Assembly: GCF_009914755.1 (NCBI RefSeq)
Contig: NC_060931.1
Direction: 5' to 3' (one strand)
From: the human T2T-CHM13v2.0 reference genome, Homo sapiens
Length of the DNA: 64,000 bases
Positions 41,007-53,000 of the stretch are shown piece by piece (the first letter of the stretch is position 1; each line of letters opens with the position of its first letter). Position numbers and translations under genes: made by a program. The notes beneath the pieces are model-generated. The model did not search any database and was not told the origin of the DNA. It worked only from the letters and a program-made list of their open reading frames with translations.

Positions 41007-44000
41007 CCCACTTGAAGATCCCTCAAAAAGACTGTTTCAAAACTGCAGTATCAGAAGGAAATTTCAACTATGTGAGTAGAATGCACACATCACAAAGTAG
41101 TTTCTGAGAATGCTTCTGTCTAGTTTTTATATGAAGATATTTCCTTTTCGACCTTAAGCCTCAAAGTGCTGCAATTATGCACTTTCAGATTCTTCAAAAA
41201 GAGGGTTTCAAAACTGCTCTGGCAAAAGGAAGTTTCAACGCTGTGAGTTGAATGCACACATCACAAAGAAGTTTCTGAGAATGCTTCTGTCTAATTTTTA
41301 TGTGAAGATAATCCTGTTTCCCAAGAAGGCTTCAAAGCACCCTAATATCCGCCTCCAGATTCTACAGAAAGAGTGTTTCAAAACTGCTCTATGGAAAGGA
41401 AGGTTCAACTCTGTGAGTTGAATGCAGACATCATAAAGGAGTTTCTGAGAATGCTTCTGTCTTGTTTTAATGTGAAGATATTTCCTTTTCAACCGATAGC
41501 CTAAAAGAGCTCCAAATGTCCAACTGCAGATTTTTTAAAAAGAATGTTTCAAAACTGCACTATCAAAAGAAAGGTTCAGCTCTGTGAGTTGAATGCACAC
41601 ATCTCAAAGAAGTTTCTGAGAATGGTTCTGTCTAGTTTTTATGTGAAGGTATTCGCGATTCCAATGAAGTCTTCAAAGCGCTCCAAATATCTAAATGCGG
41701 ATTCTACAAAAAGAGTGATTCAAAACTGGTCTATGAAAAGGAAGGTTCAGCTCTGTGAGTTGAACGCACACATCACAAAAAGTTTCGGACAATGCTTCCA
41801 TTTAGTTTTTAGGTGAAGATATTACCTTTTCAACCACAGCCTTCGAAACGCTCCAAATGTCCACTTGCAGATTCTACAAGAAGATTGTTTCCAGGCGGCT
41901 CTATCAAAAGAAATGTTCAACTATGGGAGTAGAATACACCCATCACAAAGTCGTTTCTGAGAATGCTTCTGTCTAGTTTTTATGTGAAGATATTTCCTTT
42001 TCTACCAGAGGCCTGAAAGCGCTCCAAACATCCAATTGCAGATTCTACAAAAAGAGTGTTTCAAAACTTCTCTATCAAAAGTAAGGGTCTGCTTTGTGAG
42101 TTGAATGTACACATCAAAATGAAGTTTCTGATTATACTTCTGTCTACTTCTTATGGGAAGATATTTCCTTATCCGCAATGGTCCTCAAAGCCCTCGAAAT
42201 GCCCACTTGAAGATTCTTCGGAAAGACGGTTTCAAAACTGCTCTATCAAAAGAAAGTTTCCACTTTGTGTGTAGAATGCACACATCACAAAGTCGTTTCT
42301 GAGAATGCTTCTGTCTAGTTTTTATGTGAAGATATTTCCTTTTCTACCAGAGGCCTGAAAGCGCTCCAAACATCCAATTGCAGATTCTACAAAAAGAGTG
42401 TTTCTAAACTTCTCTATCAAAAGTAAGGGTCTGCTTTGTGAGTTGAATGTACACATCAAAATGAAGTTTCTGATTATACTTCTGTCTACTTCTTATGGGA
42501 AGATATTTCCTTATCCGCAATGGTCCTCAAAACCCTCGAAATGCCCACTTGAAGATTCTTCGGAAAGACGGTTTCAAAACTGCTCTATCAAAAGAAAGTT
42601 TCAACTTTGTGTGTAGAATGCACACATCACAAAGTCGTTTCTGAGAATGCTTCTGTCTAGTTTTTATAGGAAGATATTTCCTTTTCTACCATAAGCCTCA
42701 AAGCACTGCACATATGAACTGGCAGGTTTTTAAAAAGAGTGTTTCAAAACTGCTCTATCAAAACTGTTCTATCAACTCTGTGAGATGAATGGACACATCA
42801 CAAAGATGTTTCTGAGAATGCCTCTGTCTGGGTTTTAGGTGAAGATATTCTCGTTTCCAAAGAATGCTTCAAAGAGTACTTAAATATCCGCCTGCAGATT
42901 CTACAAAAGGAGTGTTTCAAAACTGCTCTAACAAAAGAAAGGTTCAACCTGGGAGTTGAATGCACACATCACAAAGAAGTTTCTGAGAATGCTTCTGTCT
43001 AGTTTTAATGCGAAGATATTCCCTTTTCCATCATTACCTTCAAAGCGCTCCAAATGTCCATTTGCAGATTTTAGAAACAGAGTGTTTCCAGACTGCTCTA
43101 TCAAAAGAAATTTTCAACTATGGGAGTAGAATGCACACAACACAAATTCGTTTCTGAGAATGCTTCTGTCTAGTTTTTATGTGAAGATATTTCCTTTTCT
43201 ACCACAGGCATAAATGTGCTCCAAATATCCACTTGCAGATTCTAAACAAAGAGTGTTTCAAAACTGCTGTATCAAAAGGAAGGTTCAATTCTGTGAGTTG
43301 AATGCACACATCACAAAGTAGTTTCTGAGAATGCTTCTGCCTAATTTTTAGATTTAAGATATTCCCATTTCCAAAGAAGGCTTCAATTTGCTCCAAATAT
43401 CCACTTGCAGATTGTACAAAAAGAGGGTTTCAAAACTGCTCTATCAAAAGGAAGGTTCAACTCTGTGAGATGAATGCACACATCACAAAGTGGTTTCAGA
43501 GAATGCTTCTTTCTAGTTTTTAGGTGACGATATTCCCGTTTCCAATGTAGCACTCAAAGAGCTCCAAATATCCTCCTGCAGATTGTGCAAAAAGGGTGTT
43601 TCAAAACTGCTCTATCAAAAAGAAGCTTCAACTCTGTGAGTTGAATGCACAAATCACAAAGAAGTTTCTGGGAATACTTCTGTCTATTTTTAGGTGACGA
43701 TACTCCCGTTTCCAAAGAAGGCTTCAAAGCACTCCAAATATCCACCTGCAGATTATAAAGGAAGAGTTTTTCAAAACTGCTCAATCCAAAGGAAGGTTCA
43801 GCTCCGTGAGTTCAATGCCCACATCACAAAGAAGTTTCTGAGAATGCTTCTGTCTGGTTTCAAGGGGAAGATATTCCCGTTTCCAACGAAGGCTTCAAAG
43901 CGCTCCAAATATCCACTTGCAGAGTCTACAAAAAGACTGTTTCAAAACTGCTCTATAAAAGTAAGGTTGTACTTTGTTAGTGGAATGCACCCATCAAAAT

Positions 44001-44081
44001 GAAGTTTCTGAGAACACTTCTGTCTACTTTTCATGTGAAGATATTTCCTTATCCACAATAGTCCCCAAAGCCCTCAAAATG
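41007..44081 (-). repeat. Structural-variant HOR: 18-mer, 3075 bp
   Basis: Spacing of equivalent ORFs 41298 to 44373 is 3075 = 2734 + 342 - 1. The monomer 6-7 ORF occurs twice (42056 and 42398, 342 bp apart). Confidence 0.95.
41984..42667. repeat. Tandem duplication of a two-monomer block (2 x 342 bp)
   Basis: The gtgaagatatttccttttctaccagaggcctgaaagc ... ccgcaatggtcctc ... ctttgtgtgtagaatgc block appears at ~41984-42325 and again at ~42326-42667. Confidence 0.93.
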
Positions 44082-47000
44082 CCCACTTGAAGATCCCTCA
44101 AAAAGACTGTTTCAAAACTGCAGTATCAGAAGGAAATTTCAACTATGTGAGTAGAATGCACACATCACAAAGTAGTTTCTCAGAATGCTTCTGTCTAGTT
44201 TTTATATGAAGATATTTCCTTTTCGACCTTAAGCCTCAAAGTGCTGCAATTATGCACTTTCAGATTCTTCAAAAAGAGGGTTTCAAAACTGCTCTGGCAA
44301 AAGGAAGTTTCAACGCTGTGAGTTGAATGCACACATCACAAAGAAGTTTCTGAGAATGCTTCTGTCTAATTTTTATGTGAAGATAATCCTGTTTCCCAAG
44401 AAGGCTTCAAAGCACCCTATTATCCGCCTCCAGATTCTACAGAAAGAGTGTTTCAAAACTGCTCTATCAAAAGGAAGGTTCAACTCTGTGAGTTGAATGC
44501 AGACATCATAAAGGAGTTTCTGAGAATGCTTCTGTCTTGTTTTAATGTGAAGATATTTCCTTTTCAACCGATAGCCTAAAAGAGCTCCAAATGTCCAACT
44601 GCAGATTTTTTAAAAAGAATGTTTCAAAACTGCACTATCAAAAGAAAGGTTCAGCTCTGTGAGTTGAATGCACACATCTCAAAGAAGTTTCTGAGAATGG
44701 TTCTGTCTAGTTTTTATGTGAAGGTATTCGCGATTCCAATGAAGTCTTCAAAGCGCTCCAAATATCTAAATGCGGATTCTACAAAAAGAGTGATTCAAAA
44801 CTGGTCTATGAAAAGGAAGGTTCAGCTCTGTGAGTTGAACGCACACATCACAAAAAGTTTCCGACAATGCTTCCATTTAGTTTTTGGGTGAAGATATTAC
44901 CTTTTCAACCACAGCCTTCAAAACGCTCCAAATGTCCACTTGCAGATTCTACAAGAAGATTGTTTCCAGGCGGCTCTATCAAAAGAAATGTTCAACTATG
45001 GGAGTAGAATACACACATCACAAAGTCGTTTCTGAGAATGCTTCTGTCTAGTTTTTATGTGAAGATATTTCCTTTTCTACCAGAGGCCTGAAAGCGCTCC
45101 AAACATCCAATTGCAGATTCTACAAAAAGAGTGTTTCAAAACTTCTCTATCAAAAGTAAGGGTCTGCTTTGTGAGTTGAATGTACACATCAAAATGAAGT
45201 TTCTGATTATACTTCTGTCTACTTCTTATGGGAAGATATTTCCTTATCCGCAATGGTCCTCAAAGCCCTCGAAATGCCCACTTGAAGATTCTTCGGAAAG
45301 ACGGTTTCAAAACTGCTCTATCAAAAGGAAGTTTCAACTTTGTGTGTAGAATGCACACATCACAAAGTCGTTTCTGAGAATGCTTCTGTCTAGTTTTTAT
45401 AGGAAGATATTTCCTTTTCTACCATAAGCCTCAAAGCACTGCACATATGAACTGGCAGATTCTTTAAACAGAGTGTTTCAAAACTGCTCTATCAAAACTG
45501 TTCTATCAACTCTGTGAGATGAATGGACACATCACAAAGATGTTTCTGAGAATGCCTCTGTCTGGGTTTTAGGTGAAGATATTCTCGTTTCCAAAGAATG
45601 CTTCAAAGAATACTTAAATATCCGCCTGCAGATTCTACAAAAGGAGTGTTTCAAAACTGCTCTAACAAAAGAAAGGTTCAACCTGGGAGTTGAATGCACA
45701 CATCACAAAGAAGTTTCTGAGAATGCTTCTGTCTAGTTTTAATGCGAAGATATTCCCTTTTCCATCATAACCTTCAAAGTGCTCCAAATGTCCATTTGCA
45801 GATTTTAGAAACAGAGTGTTTCCAGACTGCTCTATCAAAAGAAATTTTCAACTATGGGAGTAGAATGCACACAACACAAATTCGTTTCTGAGAATGCTTC
45901 TGTCTAGTTTTTATGTGAAGATATTTCCTTTTCTACCACAGGCATAAATGTGCTCCAAATATCCACTTGCAGATTCTAAACAAAGAGTGTTTCAAAACTG
46001 CTGTATCAAAAGGAAGGTTCAATTCTGTGAGTTGAATGCACACATCACAAAGTAGTTTCTGAGAATGCTTCTGCCTAATTTTTAGATTTAAGATATTCCC
46101 ATTTCCAAAGAAGGCTTCAATTTGCTCCAAATATCCACTTGCAGATTGTACAAAAAGAGGGTTTCAAAACTGCTCTATCAAAAGGAAGGTTCAACTCTGT
46201 GAGATGAATGCACACATCACAAAGTGGTTTCCGAGAATGCTTCTTTCTAGTTTTTAGGTGACGATATTCCCGTTTCCAATGTAGCACTCAAAGAGCTCCA
46301 AATATCCTCCTGCAGATTGTGCAAAAAGGGTGTTTCAAAACTGCTCTATCAAAAAGAATCTTCAACTCTGTGAGCTGAATGCACAAATCACAAAGTAGTT
46401 TCTGGGAATACTTCTGTCTATTTTTATGTGACGATACTCCCGTTTCCAAAGAAGGCTTCAAAGCACTCCAAATATCCACCTGCAGATTATAAAGGAAGAG
46501 TTTTTCAAAACTGCTCAATCCAAAGGAAGGTTCAGCTCCGTGAGTTCAATGCCCACATCACAAAGAAGTTTCTGAGAATGCTTCTGTCTGGTTTCAAGGG
46601 GAAGATATTCCCGTTTCCAACGAAGGCTTCAAAGCGCTCCAAATATCCACTTGCAGAGTCTACAAAAAGACTGTTTCAAAACTGCTCTATAAAAGTAAGG
46701 TTGTACTTTGTTAGTGGAATGCACCCATCAAAATGAAGTTTCTGAGAACACTTCTGTCTACTTTTCATGTGAAGATATTTCCTTATCCACAATAGTCCCC
46801 AAAGCCCTCAAAATGCCCACTTGAAGATCCCTCAAAAAGACTGTTTCAAAACTGCAGTATCAGAAGGAAATTTCAACTATGTGAGTAGAATGCACACATC
46901 ACAAAGTAGTTTCTGAGAATGCTTCTGTCTAGTTTTTATATGAAGATATTTCCTTTTCGACCTTAAGCCTCAAAGTGCTGCAATTATGCACTTTCAGATT

Positions 47001-50000
47001 CTTCAAAAAGAGGGTTTCAAAACTGCTCTGGCAAAAGGAAGTTTCAACGCTGTGAGTTGAATGCACACATCACAAAGAAGTTTCTGAGAATGCTTCTGTC
47101 TAATTTTTATGTGAAGATAATCCTGTTTCCCAAGAAGGCTTCAAAGCACCCTAATATCCGCCTCCAGATTCTACAGAAAGAGTGTTTCAAAACTGCTCTA
47201 TGGAAAGGAAGGTTCAACTCTGTGAGTTGAATGCAGACATCATAAAGGAGTTTCTGAGAATGCTTCTGTCTTGTTTTAATGTGAAGATATTTCCTTTTCA
47301 ACCGATAGCCTAAAAGAGCTCCAAATGTCCAACTGCAGATTTTTTAAAAAGAATGTTTCAAAACTGCACTATCAAAAGAAAGGTTCAGCTCTGTGAGTTG
47401 AATGCACACATCTCAAAGAAGTTTCTGAGAATGGTTCTGTCTAGTTTTTATGTGAAGGTATTCGCGATTCCAATGAAGTCTTCAAAGCGCTCCAAATATC
47501 TAAATGCGGATTCTACAAAAAGAGTGATTCAAAACTGGTCTATGAAAAGGAAGGTTAAGCTCTGTGAGTTGAACGCACACATCACAAAAAGTTTCCGACA
47601 ATGCTTCCATTTAGTTTTTAGGTGAAGATATTACCTTTTTAACCACAGCCTTCAAAACGCTCCAAATGTCCACTTGCAGATTCTACAAGAAGATTGTTTC
47701 CAGGCAGCTCTATCAAAAGAAATGTTCAACTATGGGAGTAGAATACACACATCACAAACTCGTTTCTGAGAATGCTTCTCTCTAGTTTTTATGTGAAGAT
47801 ATTTCCTTTTCTACCAGAGGCCTGAAAGCGCTCCAAACATCCAATTGCAGATTCTACAAAAAGAGTGTTTCAAAACTTCTCTATCAAAAGTAAGGGTCTG
47901 CTTTGTGAGTTGAATGTACACATCAAAATGAAGTTTCTGATTATACTTCTGTCTACTTCTTATGGGAAGATATTTCCTTATCCTCAATGGTCCTCAAAGC
48001 CCTCGAAATGCCCACTTGAAGATTCTTCGGAAAGACGGTTTCAAAACTGCTCTATCAAAAGAAAGTTTCAACTTTGTGTGTAGAATGCACACATCACAAA
48101 GTCGTTTCTGGGAATGCTTCTGTCTAGTTTTTATATGAAGATATTTCCTTTTCTACCATAAGCCTCAAAGCACTGCACATATGAACTGGCAGATTCTTTA
48201 AAAAGAGTGTTTCAAAACTGCTCTATCAAAACTGTTCTATCAACTCTGTGAGATGAATGGACACATCACAAAGATGTTTCTGAGAATGCCTCTGTCTGGG
48301 TTTTAGGTGAAGATATTCTCGTTTCCAAAGAATGCTTCAAAGAATACTTAAATATCCGCCTGCAGATTCTACAAAAGGAGTGTTTCAAAACTGCTCTAAC
48401 AAAAGAAAGGTTCAACCTGGGAGTTGAATGCACACATCACAAAGAAGTTTCTGAGAATGCTTCTGTCTAGTTTTAATGCGAAGATATTCCCTTTTCCATC
48501 ATAACCTTCAAAGTGCTCCAAATGTCCATTTGCAGATTTTACAAACAGAGTGTTTCCAGACTGCTCTATCAAAAGAAATTTTCAACTATGGGAGTAGAAT
48601 GCACACAACACAAATTCGTTTCTGAGAATGCTTCTGTCTAGTTTTTATGTGAAGATATTTCCTTTTCTACCACAGGCATAAATGTGCTCCAAATATCCAC
48701 TTGCAGATTCTAAACAAAGAGTGTTTCAAAACTGCTGTATCAAAAGGAAGGTTCAATTCTGTGAGTTGAATGCACACATCACAAAGTAGTTTCTGAGAAT
48801 GCTTCTGCCTAATTTTTAGTTTTAAGATATTCCCATTTCCAAAGAAGGCTTCAATTTGCTCCAAATATCCACTTGCAGATTGTACAAAAAGAGGGTTTCA
48901 AAACTGCTCTATCAACAGGAAGGTTCAACTCTGTGAGATGAATGCACACATCACAAAGTGGTTTCAGAGAATGCTTCTTTCTAGTTTTTAGGTGACGATA
49001 TTCCCGTTTCCAATGTAGCACTCAAAGAGCTCCAAATATCCTCCTGCTGATTATGCAAAAAGGGTGTTTCAAAACTGCTCTATCAAAAAGAAGCTTCAAC
49101 TCTGTGAGTTGAATGCACAAATCACAAAGAAGTTTCTGGGAATACTTCTGTCTATTTTTATGTGACGATACTCCCGTTTCCAAAGAAGGCTTCAAAGCAC
49201 TCCAAATATCCACCTGCAGATTATAAAGGAAGAGTTTTTCAAAACTGCTCAATCCAAAGGAAGGTTCAGCTCCGTGAGTTCAATGCCCACATCACAAAGA
49301 AGTTTCTGAGAATGCTTCTGTCTGGTTTCAAGGGGAAGATATTCCCGTTTCCAACGAAGGCTTCAAAGCGCTCCAACTATCCACTTGCAGAGTCTACAAA
49401 AAGACTGTTTCAAAACTGCTCTATAAAAGTAAGGTTGTACTTTGTTAGTGGAATGCACCCATCAAAATGAAGTTTCTGAGAACACTTCTGTCTACTTTTC
49501 ATGTGAAGATATTTCCTTATCCACAATAGTCCCCAAAGCCCTCAAAATGCCCACTTGAAGATCCCTCAAAAAGACTGTTTCAAAACTGCAGTATCAGAAG
49601 GAAATTTCAACTATGTGAGTAGAATGCACACATCACAAAGTAGTTTCTGAGAATGCTTCTGTCTAGTTTTTATATGAAGATATTTCCTTTTCGACCTTAA
49701 GCCTCAAAGTGCTGCAATTATGCACTTTCAGATTCTTCAAAAAGAGGGTTTCAAAACTGCTCTGGCAAAAGGAAGTTTCAACGCTGTGAGTTGAATGCAC
49801 ACATCACAAAGAAGTTTCTGAGAATGCTTCTGTCTAATTTTTATGTGAAGATAATCCTGTTTCCCAAGAAGGCTTCAAAGCACCCTAATATCCGCCTCCA
49901 GATTCTACAGAAAGAGTGTTTCAAAACTGCTCTATGGAAAGGAAGGTTCAACTCTGTGAGTTGAATGCAGACATCATAAAGGAGTTTCTGAGAATGCTTC

Positions 50001-53000
50001 TGTCTTCTTTTAATGTGAAGATATTTCCTTTTCAACCGATAGCCTAAAAGAGCTCCAAATGTCCAACTGCAGATATTTTAAAAAGAATGTTTCAAAACTG
50101 CACTATCAAAAGAAAGGTTCAGCTCTGTGAGTTGAATGCACACATCTCAAAGAAGTTTCTGAGAATGGTTCTGTCTAGTTTTTATGTGAAGGTATTCGCG
50201 ATTCCAATGAAGTCTTCAAAGCGCTCCAAATATCTAAATGCGGATTCTACAAAAAGAGTGATTCAAAACTGGTCTATGAAAAGGAAGGTTCAGCTCTGTG
50301 AGTTGAACGCACACATCACAGAAAGTTTCGGACAATGCTTCCATTTAGTTTTTAGGTGAAGATATTACCTTTTCAACCACAGCCTTCAAAACGCTCCAAA
50401 TGTCCACTTGCAGATTCTACAAGAAGATTGTTTCCAGGCGGCTCTATCAAAAGAAATGTTCAACTATGGGAGTAGAATACACACATCACAAAGTCGTTTC
50501 TGAGAATGCTTCTGTCTAGTTTTTATGTGAAGATATTTCCTTTTCTACCAGAGGCCTGAAAGCGCTCCAAACATCCAATTGCAGATTCTACAAAAAGAGT
50601 GTTTCAAAACTTCTCTATCAAAAGTAAGGGTCTGCTTTGTGAGTTGAATGTACACATCAAAATGAAGTTTCTGATTATAGTTCTGTCTACTTCTTATGGG
50701 AAGATATTTCCTTATCCGCAATGGTCCTCAAAGCCCTCGAAATGCCCACTTGAAGATTCTTCGGAAAGACGGTTTCAAAACTGCTCTATCAAAAGAAAGT
50801 TTCAACTTTGTGTGTAGAATGCACACATCACAAAGTCGTTTCTGAGAATGCTTCTGTCTAGTTTTTATATGAAGATATTTCCTTTTCTACCATAAGCCTC
50901 AAAGCACTGCACATATGAACTGGCAGATTCTTTAAAAAGAGTGTTTCAAAACTGCTCTATCAAAACTGTTCTATCAACTCTGTGAGATGAATGGACACAT
51001 CACAAAGATGTTTCTGAAAATGCCTCTGTCTGGGTTTTCGGTGAAGATATTCTCGTTTCCAAAGAATGCTTCAAAGAGTACTTAAATATCCGCCTGCAGA
51101 TTCTACAAAAGGAGTGTTTCAAAACTGCTCTAACAAAAGAAAGGTTCAACCTGGGAGTTGAATGCACACATCACAAAGAAGTTTCTGAGAATGCTTCTGT
51201 CTAGTTTTAATGCGAAGATATTCCCTTTTCCATCATAACCTTCAAAGCGCTCCAAATGTCCATTTGCAGATTTTAGAAACAGAGTGTTTCCAGACTGCTC
51301 TATCAAAAGAAATTTTCAACTATGGGAGTAGAATGCACACAACACAAATTCGTTTCTGAGAATGCTTCTGTCTAGTTTTTATGTGAAGATATTTCCTTTT
51401 TTACCACAGGCATAAATGTGTTCCAAATATCCACTTGCAGATTCTAAACAAAGAGTGTTTCAAAACTGCTGTATCAAAAGGAAGGTTCAATTCTGTGAGT
51501 TGAATGCACACATCACAAAGTAGTTTCTGAGAATGCTTCTGCCTAATTTTTAGATTTAAGATATTCCCATTTCCAAAGAAGGCTTCAATTTGCTCCAAAT
51601 ATCCACTTGCAGATTGTACAAAAAGAGGGTTTCAAAACTGCTCTATCAAAAGGAAGGTTCAACTCTGTGAGATGAATGCACACATCACAAAGTGGTTTCA
51701 GAGAATGCTTCTTTCTAGTTTTTAGGTGACGATATTCCCGTTTCCAATGTAGCACTCAAAGAGCTCCAAATATCCTCCTGCAGATTGTGCAAAAAGGGTG
51801 TTTCAAAACTGCTCTATCAAAAAGAAGCTTCAACTCTGTGAGTTGAATGCACAAATCCAAAGAAGTTTCTGGGAATACTTCTGTCTATTTTTATGTGATG
51901 ATACTCCCGTTTCCAAAGAAGGCTTCAAAGCACTCCAAATATCCACCTGCAGATTATAAAGGAAGAGTTTTTCAAAACTGCTCAATCCAAAGGAAGGTTC
52001 AGCTCCGTGAGTTCAATGCCCACATCACAAAGAAGTTTCTGAGAATGCTTCTGTCTGGTTTCAAGGGGAAGATATTCCCGTTTCCAACGAAGGCTTCAAA
52101 GCGCTCCAAATATCCACTTGCAGAGTCTACAAAAAGACTGTTTCAAAACTGCTCTATAAAAGTAAGGTTGTACTTTGTTAGTTGAATGCACCCATCAAAA
52201 TGAAGTTTCTGAGAACACTTCTGTCTACTTTTCATGTGAAGATATTTCCTTATCCACAATAGTCCCCAAAGCCCTCAAAATGCCCACTTGAAGATCCCTC
52301 AAAAAGACTGTTTCAAAACTGCAGTATCAGAAGGAAATTTCAACTATGTGAGTAGAATGCACACATCACAAAGTAGTTTCTGAGAATGCTTCTGTCTAGT
52401 TTTTATATGAAGATATTTCCTTTTCGACCTTAAGCCTCAAAGTGCTACAATTATGCACTTTCAGATTCTTCAAAAAGAGGGTTTCAAAACTGCTCTGGCA
52501 AAAGGAAGGTTCAACGCTGTGAGTTGAATGCACACATCACAAAGAAGTTTCTGAGAATGCTTCTGTCTAATTTTTATGTGAAGATAATCCTGTTTCCCAA
52601 GAAGGCTTCAAAGCACCCTAATATCCGCCTCCAGATTCTACAGAAAGAGTGTTTCAAAACTGCTCTATGGAAAGGAAGGTTCAACTCTGTGAGTTGAATG
52701 CAGACATCATAAAGGAGTTTCTGAGAATGCTTCTGTCTTGTTTTAATGTGAAGATATTTCCTTTTCAACCGATAGCCTAAAAGAGCTCCAAATGTCCAAC
52801 TGCAGATTTTTTAAAAAGAATGTTTCAAAACTGCACTATCAAAAGAAAGGTTCAGCTCTGTGAGTTGAATGCACACATCTCAAAGAAGTTTCTGAGAATG
52901 GTTCTGTCTAGTTTTTATGTGAAGGTATTCGCGATTCCAATGAAGTCTTCAAAGCGCTCCAAATATCTAAATGCGGATTCTACAAAAAGAGTGATTCAAA

